Source of the DNA: Octopus vulgaris
Lineage: Eukaryota
Length of the DNA: 64,000 bases
NCBI GenBank assembly: GCA_951406725.2
Contig: OX597817.1
Coordinates: 153,078,001 to 153,142,000, forward strand
Reading direction: 5' to 3'
Position numbers and translations under genes: made by a program. Below, in pieces: positions 13,436 to 26,049 of the stretch; position 1 is the stretch's first letter, and the number at the start of each line of letters is the position of its first letter. The notes below the pieces were generated by a model. It saw nothing but the letters and a program-made list of their open reading frames with translations. It did no database searches and had not been told where the DNA came from.

Positions 13436-13779
13436 TTCAGCCCACGGTCAGCCACAAACTGATCAAATCTATGATCAAAAATGCTTTCCAGTCAAGACCA
13501 GTTCGTCTTTCATCTTACATGCAAGGAACCCAGGACAACATTTTCCAATGATAAATAATGATTTTAGAGAGATTTGGCTACTTTTTCTAGCAGGTCAAGC
13601 GAGGTGGTTTAGCTCTGGTGTTGGTGATATTACTATATGTGGCAGTGGTGTTGTGGTGACAATAATGTTGAGGAGAACTTTGGCGTAGGTTAGTCTTGGG
13701 AAAATTGCGTCTCGCAGGATTTACAGAAAGGCACACCTAATGTAAATAACCTTGAAATATTTTAAGAAGTGCCACCAGC

Positions 13780-14185
13780 CTAAAGATGAGTCATGTCTCA
13801 TGTGGTCCGCTTAAGGTGAATCATGTCTCATGTTACTCTCTTAAGGATGAGACATGTCCCAAGTGGTCCGCTCAATGCTGAATCATGTCTCATGTGACCC
13901 GTTTAAGGATGAATCATGTCTCACGTGGCCCTCTTAAGGATGACTCATGTCTCATGTGGCCGGCTTAATGCTGAGTCATGTCTCATGTGGTCCGCTTCAG
14001 GATGAGTATGTCTCATATGGAACGCTTAAGGATAAGCCATATCTCATGTGGCCCGCTTAAGGATGATTCATGTCGCATGTGATCCGCATAGCGATGAGTC
14101 ATATCTCACGTGGCTTGCTTAAGGATGAGTCATTCTCATGTGGCCTGCTTAAGGATAAATCATGTCTCATGTGGCCCACTTCAAG
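13780..14185. repeat. 31-bp minisatellite, about 13 copies
   Basis: Consensus GATGAGTCATGTCTCATGTGGCCCGCTTAAG. Confidence 0.92.
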
Positions 14186-14602
14186 ACAAAGGTCATCAAC
14201 GCTTGATACAGGTAGTGATAATAGTGACAATGGTGGTGTTGGTGGTTGTTGTGGTGGTAGTGCTGCTGATAGTGTCGGTAGAGATAGCAGTTGTGTTGGT
14301 GGTGGTGGTGGTGGGTGCTTCGTTGTGGGGATAGTGTTGGTGGGAAGTAGTGGCTTTGGTTGTGGCGTTGGCACTAGGGTGTCATTGTTAAGGTTATGTT
14401 GGTGAGGATTGTAGTGTTTGTAGTTGTAATGATGGTGGTTTTAGTGATGTTGTTGTTGGTGGTGTTAGAGCCGTTGGGTGTTAGTGTTAGTGACAGGGAT
14501 AGTCATGGCGTTCATAGGGATATACATACATGCGTACATGTATACACACACACAAATGTATGTGCATATATGCATGTATATATGTATATGTATATATATG
14601 TA

Positions 14603-14638
<36 letters not shown>

Positions 14639-14711
14639 GTACATATATATATGGATATGTGTATATGTATATATATGCACACACACATATATATATATAT
14701 GCATATAAATG

Positions 14712-14748
<37 letters not shown>

Positions 14749-15140
14749 GTATGTATATATGTGTATATATATATATATATATACATATGTAGTTATATAT
14801 GTGTGTACATATATGTATATACACATATAAATGCATATATATGTGTGTATATGTATGTATATGTATATATCTATATGCATGCATGTATATATATATATAT
14901 ATATATATAATAAAATATTAGGGAATAAATCCAAACTTCACAGGAAAAATCAGATTTAGGATTAAATCCAATTTTATAGTATAAATATATTATATTATAT
15001 TATATTAAATTAGAGATAAAACCACTATTAGGCAAATCAAACAATGAAAAACATAAGCCAATACATAAAATTAATTTAATTTATATTATTTTAAATATAT
15101 ATCAAAAGTATTAAAAGTTTAATAAAAGATAAAGAGTAAA

Positions 15141-15212
15141 ACACTACGATCGTTTCATGACTGTACAATTCGTAATAATTCGAGTTAAGGTTACAGTCAA
15201 TCTTCAGGTTAA
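15141..15212 (-). ncRNA. Minimal type I hammerhead ribozyme motif of the PLE
   Basis: CTGAAGA-t-TGACTGTA...TACAGTCA-t-GAAAC-GATC-GTA: 8-bp stem II and palindromic stem III; stem I is weak (2 bp). Confidence 0.7.
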
Positions 15213-17434
15213 TTGAAATATCTAAAATATAATCAGAAATATTTAAACAATATTTTAAAGATATAAATAATATAATAATTTTACTTATAATAAACTCTAT
15301 TATCAAACTAGAAACATAAAACTTAACAATTATGATTATATCAAAATCGACTATAATGTTGAATATTAATTTTAATTTATAAGGTAGGAAACCCACCAAT
15401 AATCTAATATCGGTATTAATCTATATCTAATTGCATAAATATTTTAAAATGACTATTATATATAAATTATCAATGAAAATATATAAATGTATATAAATAT
15501 TATAATTAAGATCTAAAATGATCTCTATAAATATACATATATGCACATATAATAAAAACCTAATAAATTAATTTTTCATATTTAAAGATGAAATAGCTAA
15601 TTTAAAAATACAAATAAACAAACTTAAACGAACTTTCGGAAATCTTATGTAAAATACTTATAGAAATAATCAATTCGTAGTAATATAGTATCGAATAAAT
15701 ACTATAAATACTATAAATATAATTATCAATGGGAATAACTAGCTAATATCAATTTAAAAAAACAATAACTAAGTTATGCTATTAAATTAGACATGGCCTG
15801 GACCAATCTTTAGTCGAAACATATCTAAGTTTATCAAATTTTATCTAATTTAATTATAAATCTAAAACTACAATTAATGCTATTAAAACATGTATATACA
15901 AAAGCCTAACTTTATACACCTCGTATACTTGCTATCCAATAACAAATCCATCGCTAAGTAGTATCTTACGAATAAACTTAAATTTAATATCTAATAATAT
16001 AGAAAATTACGATAATTAGATCATTACATAAACAACGATAATTACATAAGGAAAATATTATTACACCAAAGACTTATACAATATTAAAATTTACAATTTG
16101 AAGATCTTAAATATAAATAAATACTTATCTTAGCGAGGTTTAGCAATGAACTAAAATTTTGAATCGGAAAACGTCTTTACAGCGTTTATAAGAATACTCG
16201 TGGAATTACGTTATTAGCAGAAAAAGAATAAATTGTTGAAGAATTCATTAAGCGTGAGGAACGTACGCTTTATCAATGAGATTGTGAATGGGAAAATTAA
16301 TGGTTTATCAGTGTAAATAGAATGAAGTCACAAATAAACAATAAAATCTCTCTATACTATAATATTTATTAATAAAATAACTATGATAAATAATACTTAA
16401 TACAAAATAAATTAAATGATTTAAATGATTAAAAACCACTAATTATTAAATATATTCTAAAAATCTTATAAGATTAATAAATATATAAAAAAATTTTTAT
16501 ATAGTAACCCCTCCTCATACTATAAAGTCTTTCCCCATGCTCTTATAGTTATAAGCTAAAATTAGTGATCATAACCAAATCTATAAAGACTTATCAAAAT
16601 TTGTAGTATAACTATACATACGTATACATAAATATATATAAAAAAATATACATACATATATATATATACATATATATATACATATATATATATTTACACA
16701 TACATATAAATATACATACACATATACACATACATACACACATACATACATATACATATATACACACATATATACACAGATATACACACATACACATATG
16801 CACACACATACATACAATACTCAATATATACACATACACCTATATACACACACCCATACACACACATAAATAAATGTATATACATATACATATATATACA
16901 CGCACATCAACATATACACATATATACATACACACACAACTACATATATCATATAATAAATACGTATATAAATGTCTATATTCATACTACAATACAAAAT
17001 AGAGGTAAACATTCAGGTTAATCTAAATAATTAATCTACTAATCTATACTTCTATATTAAATAAAATAGATTAAATAAACAACTAAATAAATCTATTTCA
17101 AATATAAAGAGATTACATACAAATAGATTAATATAACAAAATTATAATTTAACGAAATTATAACAGAAATATAACAAAACATATAATATAAATAAAATTG
17201 TAACTTACCAGACTCTATATTCAATAAACCATTAAATATTTATTAAAAATATATTTAGTAATAAAATATTTAGTAATAAAATAAACAACTATATATAATC
17301 TAACTATAATTAAAAACAGAATCTAAATAACTAAAATAAACTAATATAATAAGTACTACAAATCACCTTCTATATTTAGAATACTATTACATAAAACAAC
17401 AAATAAGGAGCTAATTGAGGCTAAGAAATATTCA

Positions 17435-19870
17435 TTAGTTATCAAGAAATTTATTATATAAGTAAAGTAACTTGTGTCTGCATTTTATTTTGCGCTCATC
17501 ACAGATATTCACTAAATTATTATGCTTATAAAATAAAATTTCCTTAAACTCATTTGAATATAAATAACAAAAATTCCCTCCTATACTATATGATTTAGCC
17601 TTACTAATTATTTCCCAAGATAAATTATAATTAATATTTTGGGATTTAAGTCCCCAAATGTACTTGCTAAGTCCAGTGGAGTTAATTAAGTTTTTATTTT
17701 TAAATGAATTCATATGCTTGTGCGATTCTTAATTTTATTTTAGAGGAAGTGGACCCTATATATATCGCGTTTGAGTTATTATTATTCTTATTATTCTCAT
17801 CATGTAATGTAACTATACATTTATACACTACATCGTTAATATCACATTTATTATTTAATTTACATTTAGTTTTATCTCTACATGTACAGTTAATTAGTGT
17901 GGTATCTTTTTTTATTATTGGTATTATTATATAATTTATTTTTATAAAAATTATTCAGTTTAAATTTGTTAAAAGAAGAAATAATGTTACTTACACTATT
18001 AGTGGTAGAATAACCTACTCCAAAATTATTACTAGAGAAAACGTTTTTATATTTACAATTATCTCGAATAAATAGTTCAATAATATCTAAAATCTCTTTA
18101 ATAATGTTCGTTTTAACTTGAGCACCATAAGGAACTATTAACCAAATTTTATTCTTATTTTCCTTCTTCTTATTATTAAAACTGTCATTATTATTGTTAC
18201 CATTATTATTATTATATTTCTTTATCATATTATTATTATTATTATTAGATTTAAATTTAAAGTTATTATTTTATTTTTATTTTTATTCTTATTTTTATTT
18301 ATGTTATTTTTATTTTTATAATTTCTAAGATTATTACCACTATTACTAACAAAATTATTATAATTATTATTAATATTTTTATCTCTAATATTAATAGTTA
18401 TATCTTTATTTTTAATAAAAAAATTTAATATTACTATTATAACCTGCCTCTCTAAGGGCCTCATTGTAATAAGGAGCATGTTTATTAAAAATTTCTAAAT
18501 CATAAGAAAATAATGATATACGTTTACTTATATTATTAATCAACGATTTTTTTATTGATGGTGGGTGATTACTATTAACATTTATATATCTAAGGTTCTC
18601 ATTAAGTTTATGATATGGTTGTGTTTTACCTGTAATTAGATTAAAATTAACATCTAAACAATTAACATTAAAATTCTCATTATATATAGTAATACTTAAA
18701 CCATATCTTTTAAAGAAACTATAAAGTTTTTTCTTATATACTTCTAGGTTCCTATTAGTGCAATTCTTAGTAATTAGTAGAAGGTCATCCCTATATAAAC
18801 CACCCTCTATTTTTAAAATTTTCTAATTGGAGTTCAGATAAAAGATAAATACCTACTAAATCCGTAGCTTGTGCAGAATCTGGTGCTCCCATAGGTATAT
18901 CAAAAAAGTCCCTAGTATCTTTCCTAGCCCATAATTTATTTTTATATTTTATAAACGATTTCCTAGCCATTTTAATTACATTAACTTCTTCAAAAGTCAT
19001 TCCCACTTTATTCATTGCAAAAATAAGGGCCTTATTAAACACAATTTCATTAATAGAAGAATAGTAATTATCTATATCTATTTGAATAAATTTATATCGA
19101 TTTTTATCTTTAATATTATTAAACCAATTCAAAGTATTATCATTACTAAACCATAATTTTAAGTAATTAAGTTTATTTAATTTATTAATATATCTATCTA
19201 AAATAAGTTTACTCAATTTACCAAGGTCAGATTTACATGGACAAATTAATCTAAATTTAGGGTCTGAATAAAAATTATCTTTATGGTCTTTCAGAGTAAT
19301 TCTAGGGTGCATAGGTACATAAGGTTCAGTTTTATTATCCAATTCATAGTTTATCATTACTAATTTAGAGGCCTTATTAATATTATAAAGTATACTATCT
19401 GGAATAATTTTATATTTTTTAATTATTTCTTTCTCTAAAAGGTTATCATATAAATTAACATCCAATTTATAGAGATTCCTAGTTTTATCTGATTGTACAA
19501 TAATACCATCCACATTTCTCATTTCTTTAATTCTAATTGCTAAATTTCATAAATATTCATTATTTCTGTTTGGGTATTTATGAAATTTAATGTTTTTCAC
19601 CACCTTCCAAATATTATCTTCTAGTATTTGTAATTCTCTATTAAATAAGGGTTCCTTTTTGGATTTAAAATTAGAAGTAAAATTATCATTCATACTATCA
19701 TTAAAATTAGATATATTATAGTTATAATAGTAGGCTTTCCATTTAATTCTAGAAACAAAATCCTTAATATTATTAATAAGTTTCAAAATATATTCTTTCC
19801 AAGAAGGTATTGGAATATCCTTCAAGGATGAATTCCAAAATAGCGGTTCTATCTTACCTGTAAATTCCAT
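17435..19870 (-). pseudogene. PLE polyprotein (RT + GIY-YIG endonuclease), disrupted
   Basis: 'SDKTRNLY', 'ITLKDHKDNF..PKFRLI', 'FIQIDIDNYYSSI', 'FDIPMGAPD', and after a frameshift 'GGLYRDD', thumb 'SNHPP', 'CTCRDKTKC...VVY...IYIGST', C-terminal 'KCRH'. In-frame TGA at 19547-19549 and at least 3 frameshifts. Confidence 0.9.
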
Positions 19871-20450
19871 AATTTACGAAGTTGAGATATTACACTCAAT
19901 ATACGCAATTTATCAATATATTAATTAATAATAAAATATTAGGGAATAAATCCAAACTTACAGGAAAAATCAGATTTAGGATTAAATCCAATTTTATAGT
20001 ATAAATATATTATATTATATTATATTAAATTAGAGATAAAACCACTATTAGGCAATTCAAACAATGAAAAACATCAAAATATATTCTTTCCTAGAAGGTA
20101 TTGGAATATCCTTCTGCTGAACTGGAGAATGACAAGGTCTCCAAGGCAACAAGCGTGTGTGTGTGTCTGTGTGTATGTGTGTGTGCGTGTGTGTGTGTGT
20201 GTTATGTGCGGATGCTTAATGACCGTGGGTATGTGTTTATATATGGTGAAGTGTTTCTGTGTATGCGTATGCTGGGTGTGTGGGGGCATTTGTTTCCTTT
20301 TTGTGTATAGCTAAGCTCAACTATGAAGAAGTATAAAGCAAGTGGCGAAAAATGATGACAACCGAAGACGTTTGAGAGAGAGAGAGAGGGGGGAATAAAG
20401 AGATAATATAAATGATATAAGAGAAACGGAGATGATGTATAGAGAGAGAA

Positions 20451-20481
<31 letters not shown>

Positions 20482-20914
20482 AAGAAAGAAAGAAAGAGAA
20501 AGAAGGAAAGAGCAAGGGGAGATGTGTCAATTGAAGATTAGCAAACAAATGACAGAAATGACATCTTAAGAGGCAGACGTAAAGACAGAGATGAAAAGCT
20601 TGATTGAGATGGATAGACGGAAAGAAAGAGAGATAAAGATAGACAGGATATAGAACGATGGATATATATATATTTATAGGTAAAGAGATAGTTACACAGG
20701 TAGATGGATATAGACAGCTGGATAGATAAGTAGTTAAGGTATTAACAGGTTGGAAGATACACCGATAATTAGGTGCGTAAAACATGGGTAGATAGCTAAC
20801 GTGCGAGTTAGATTGATAGGTAGATAGCTAGTAATATATGTATATGTATATATAAGTATAGGTGTACATGTGTATATGTGTATATATGTATATATATATA
20901 TATATATATAAGTT

Positions 20915-20957
<43 letters not shown>

Positions 20958-21309
20958 ATGCATATACATACATATCTATATGTATATATATATATATGTG
21001 TGTATGTGTGTGTGTGTATACATATATACATATACTGGTATATACTGGCAGAGAGAAAGAGTGAGACAGAGAGAGACAGAGAGAGAGAGAGGAGGGGGAA
21101 GGAAGAGAGGGAAAGAGAAAATTGATAGAAAGATAGATCATATATAAATATTTTGATAAGTGACTACGTATGAAACTCTCGGCCCATGAGTCACTCTTTA
21201 ACGTGTGCCAAATCTTAATAAAGAATACATACACTCATATTTTGAATTCTCTTTCCATTGCTTGCATTACGAAACCTATACACACAGAGACAGACAGACA
21301 CACACACAC

Positions 21310-21404
<95 letters not shown>

Positions 21405-21759
21405 GTGGTTAGACTGATGGCTAGAGACGAATACAGACAAACAGAGCTATACGAATGAAAAAGAGCTAAATAGAAAGGTTGAGAGACAGACAAGAGAAAC
21501 AGAGAATGTGATTCACTGAAGAAACCGTTCTTCAGATTCATATATAGATTGTCCCCACCAAAACAAACCAACAAAAGAAAGCAAAAAGCAACAAAATATT
21601 AATGTACAGACAGATAGATTTATAATTAGGTTGATATATATCTTGGTAGTTAAAAGACAGACATTTTTGACAGCGAGAGAAAACGTAGACAAAATACAGA
21701 CAGTTAAACATATACATACATAATATGCATACATGCATATGTACGTATGTACTTGCATA

Positions 21760-21838
<79 letters not shown>

Positions 21839-21964
21839 GCATCTTCAGTCTATATAGGCAGGCGATTATGTATGAATATGGATATAATTCTATATATGCA
21901 TATATATATGTGTGTGTATATATATGCGTACATATATATATATATACATATACATATATATATG

Positions 21965-22029
<65 letters not shown>

Positions 22030-22032
22030 ATA

Positions 22033-22084
<52 letters not shown>

Positions 22085-22379
22085 CATACACACCCCGTGG
22101 AAACTAGATATCTTAACCATGGAATCATGGAAAACTAATGTTAACAAATAGTTATTGTTATTACAGTAATTAGTTTGCTCACAGACACGCTCAGGATATT
22201 AATACAACCTCTGTGGAATGTTACCAACCGGTTATTGTTGTCTAAGAGGCTTTATCCCAAGGCGTAACGGGACTTCCTCTCTCTCCCTCTCCCTCTCCCT
22301 CTCTCTCTCTTTGTCTTTAAGCTTCTTTTACTTTCACTTTCGCTTTCTCCTATACTCACACTCACCAATATATTCATCG

Positions 22380-22420
<41 letters not shown>

Positions 22421-22730
22421 TAGATATGTACAGACGCAGAGGGAGTGTGTGAGAAGAGAGAGAGGGTTACTAAGAGGAAAATAAACGGGACGATAATGTG
22501 TGTGTCAACGTGACCCCTAAAGACTGGTCAGTAACAGATGATATATAAGGCTTCTTTGTGTGTGTATGTGTGTGTGTCTGTGCGCACGTGCGCTCGCAAA
22601 AGCATACACACACACACACACATGTACGCACACACATACACACACAGACATTCAAAAACGCACACACACATATATATATATATATATACTCAGATACATT
22701 CATTGTATATGGTTAAATTAATTAGCATAA

Positions 22731-22778
22731 TGACTCAGCGGCTCAATTACGTCATTGGTTGGTTAGCGTATCACGTGA
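22731..22778. promoter_or_regulatory. Candidate cis-regulatory motif cluster
   Basis: TGACTCAGC, TTACGTCA, ATTGG and TCACGTGA within 48 bp. Confidence 0.3.
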
Positions 22779-23479
22779 TATATATATACGATATGGGGTA
22801 GATGTATGATATTTGAATTGTATCACATAAGAAAATACACAAACACTTAAACGCAGAGACACGCGCACAGATATATATATTCACATTCACGTTTTTATAT
22901 ACAGGTACATGCAGAGCCGTATGGCTCAGAAATTCACTTTGAATCCACGCGTTTTCAGTTTCGATCTCACTGTGCAGCAGGTCGGCGTTTTGGGCCAGTA
23001 CCTGATACAGAAATCTTGACTAGTTGCTTAATGTCTTGTAAATGGATAAGCTTAACGGATATTGTGGGAATATATCGTATATGGAATGTATGCATGCATG
23101 TATGTATGTACGTATGTATGTATGTATGTATGTATGTATGTATGTATGTATGTATGTATGTATGTGTGTATGTATGTATGTATGAATGTATTTATGTATG
23201 TATGTGTGTATGTATGTATGTATGTATGTATGTATGTATGTATGTATGTATGTGTGTGTGTATGTATGTATGTATGAATGTATGCATGCATGCATGTATG
23301 TATGTATGTATGTGTGTGTATGTATGTATGCATGTATGTATGTATGTATGTATGCATATGTGTATGTATGGATGGATAGATGTATGTACGTATGTATGTA
23401 TGTACGTACGTACGCATGTATGAATGTATGCATATGTGTGTATGCAGGAATATATGCATGTATGAATGTACACATCTAC

Positions 23480-23522
<43 letters not shown>

Positions 23523-23526
23523 AATC

Positions 23527-23594
<68 letters not shown>

Positions 23595-24152
23595 TAATGC
23601 CCTGATGCAGTACCAGGCAGTGGCTCTCGTGGCTTCTGATCTTAACTGAATGGAAGTGTTATCATGTACATTGTTTTGTCTTGGTATAAGAGATGGGCCA
23701 CAGCAAATATTCTGCTCAATACCACAGATTTGCTTGTCAGTTGTTTGACCTTAACCAGTTAAGCATGTCCCTTAATGGCTGACGATATGTGCATCTCTGA
23801 TCACTAGCAGAAGTAGTGGGGGAGCATCATAGCCATGTGTTGAGAGGGATTCTTTGGGGTTTGCATAGTTCACCTCTGGAAACATGGGTGGTTCTTTCAA
23901 CATCCTTAAACAACCCTTATTCAGGGACCGTTTGAGCGGGATGGGCTACTCAACCTGAAGAAAATTCTAACTGGGCCCCACCTGCAAGGTCATGTGCTGT
24001 TTATCTTGATATGAGATCACCATGTCGCGCACATATGGTTGTGATGCATGTGCCTGGTGTACCTTTATCAGACGGGTAGTCATGATGGGTATATTGGGCT
24101 TCGTATATTTTACCCCAGTGTCACTTTGATGGCATGAACTGCTCTCTCACTC
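23595..24152 (+). mobile_element. ~560-bp non-coding element embedded in (TAA)n, copy 1
   Basis: TAATGCCCTGATGCAG...CTCTCTCACTC flanked by (TAA)n; same ends as copy 2. Strand is assumed. Confidence 0.8.
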
Positions 24153-24226
<74 letters not shown>

Positions 24227-24278
24227 TGATGATGATGATAATAATAATAATAATTATAATAATAATAATAATGATGAC

Positions 24279-24362
<84 letters not shown>

Positions 24363-24903
24363 TAATGCCCTGATGCAGTACCAGGCAGTGGCTCTCGTGG
24401 CTTCTGATCTTAACTGAATGGAAGTGTTATCATGTACATTGTTTTGTCTTGGTATAAGAGATGGGCCACAGCAAATATTCTGCTCAATACCACAGATTTG
24501 GTTGTCAGTTGTTTGACCTTAACCAGTTAAGCATGTCCCTTAATGGCTGACGATATGTGCATCTTTGATCACTAGCAGAAGTAGTGGGGGAGCATCATAG
24601 CCATGTGTTGATAGGGATTATTTGGGGTTTAAATAATTCACTTCTGAAAACATGGGTGTTTCATTCAACATCCTTAAACAACCCCCATTCAAGGACCTTT
24701 TGAGCGGAATGAAAATTCTAACTGGGTTCCACCTGCAAGGTCATGAGCTGTTTATCTTGATATGAGATCACCATGTCGCGGACACATGGTAGTGATGCAT
24801 GTGCCTAGCGTACCCTTATCAGACGGGTAATCATGATGGGTATACTGGGCTTCGTATATTTTACCTCAGTGTCACCTTGATGGCACGCACTGCTCTCTCA
24901 CTC
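24363..24903 (+). mobile_element. ~540-bp non-coding element embedded in (TAA)n, copy 2
   Basis: Same boundaries as copy 1, small internal deletion, more diverged in its 3' half. Confidence 0.8.
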
Positions 24904-24967
<64 letters not shown>

Positions 24968-25052
24968 GATGATGATAATAATAATAATAATATTAATAAT
25001 AATGATGATGATAATAATAATAATAATAATATTAATAATAATGATGATGATG

Positions 25053-25136
<84 letters not shown>

Positions 25137-25242
25137 TAAGTATGAGATCATGGAGAACCACACTAACTTTGAACAGTGACAATGAATCTCTAAAATGCTG
25201 GTGATGTAAAAATTTCATTTGGCATTTTCCAGGGTGACTCAC

Positions 25243-26006
25243 GGATATAAAATGTTTGATATATTATAAATCATCTCATTTACATGGATGATTTAAAGCT
25301 TTTTGCAAAAAATGATCAACAACTCAAGGGCTTACTAGCGATTGTCAAACAATTCAGTGACGACATCAGAATGCAATTTGGCCTCGATAAATGTGCAAAA
25401 GCTACCTTTATCAAAGGAAAAATGACAGAAACATCTAACGTTAACCTTGACCAGCAGAATGTCATAAAAGAATTAGACCCAGCGGAGAGCTACAAGTACC
25501 TAGGGGTAATTGAAGGGGACGGAATAAGGCATTCAGAGATGAAGGAAAGGATCAGGAGAGAATGTTATCGAAGAGTGAGAGCAATACTCAAGACAGAGCT
25601 GAATGCAAGAAACAAGATCGAAGCGATCAATGCATTAGCCATACCAGTCGTGACTTACAGTTTCAATATCGTTAACTGGTCAATTACTGAAATATATCAG
25701 CTTGACAGAAAAATACGAAAACTGTTTACAATGCATAGAATGCATCACCCTAAGGCAGATACAGAACGACTTTATCTGCCAAGAAAAGAGGGAGGCCGTG
25801 GTCTTTTACAACTGGCAATAACAATGAAGATTGCTACAATTGGCCTAGACACCTACCTGAAAAAGTCTGAGGACTGGATGTTAAAACTTGTCTCAAAACA
25901 TGAAAACAAGAAAGCATCATACTCAGTAACAAAACAGGCAAAGGAGTATCTAAGTGAATTCCGAATACAACAAATTTCGGAATTAGAGATAGACATACAT
26001 GTCTGA
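25243..26006 (+). pseudogene. R4/Dong-like reverse transcriptase fragment
   Basis: '(HLIY)MDDLKLFAK...FGLDKC...YKYLG...LNARNKIEAINALAIPV...LYLPRKEGGRGL'. Confidence 0.9.
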
Positions 26007-26049
26007 TGTTATAAAACTACCGCAAGATTATATTATTAGATCACTGAGA

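Larger units (their letters stand above)
14907..20074 (-). mobile_element. Penelope-like retroelement, Naiad-like, near full length with pseudo-LTR direct repeats
   Basis: Direct repeats 14907-15054 and 19928-20074 (2 differences seen); RT plus GIY-YIG ORF; hammerhead motif in the 3' region; 3' end abuts (TA)n. Confidence 0.9.

Noticed and set aside
12729-13462. Mucin- or extensin-like Pro/Thr-rich ORFs
   Set aside because: Degenerate GGT/GTT repeat open on both strands; no splice or domain support.
13780-14185. CRISPR-like periodicity
   Set aside because: Contiguous tandem units with no unique spacers; eukaryotic context.
19547-19549. In-frame TGA in the Naiad-like ORF as possible selenocysteine (reported for some Naiads)
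   Set aside because: Context NEYL*NLAIRI is not a recognisable conserved Cys position, the ORF has other lesions and I could not identify a SECIS; a simple nonsense mutation is more likely. The family consensus would settle it.
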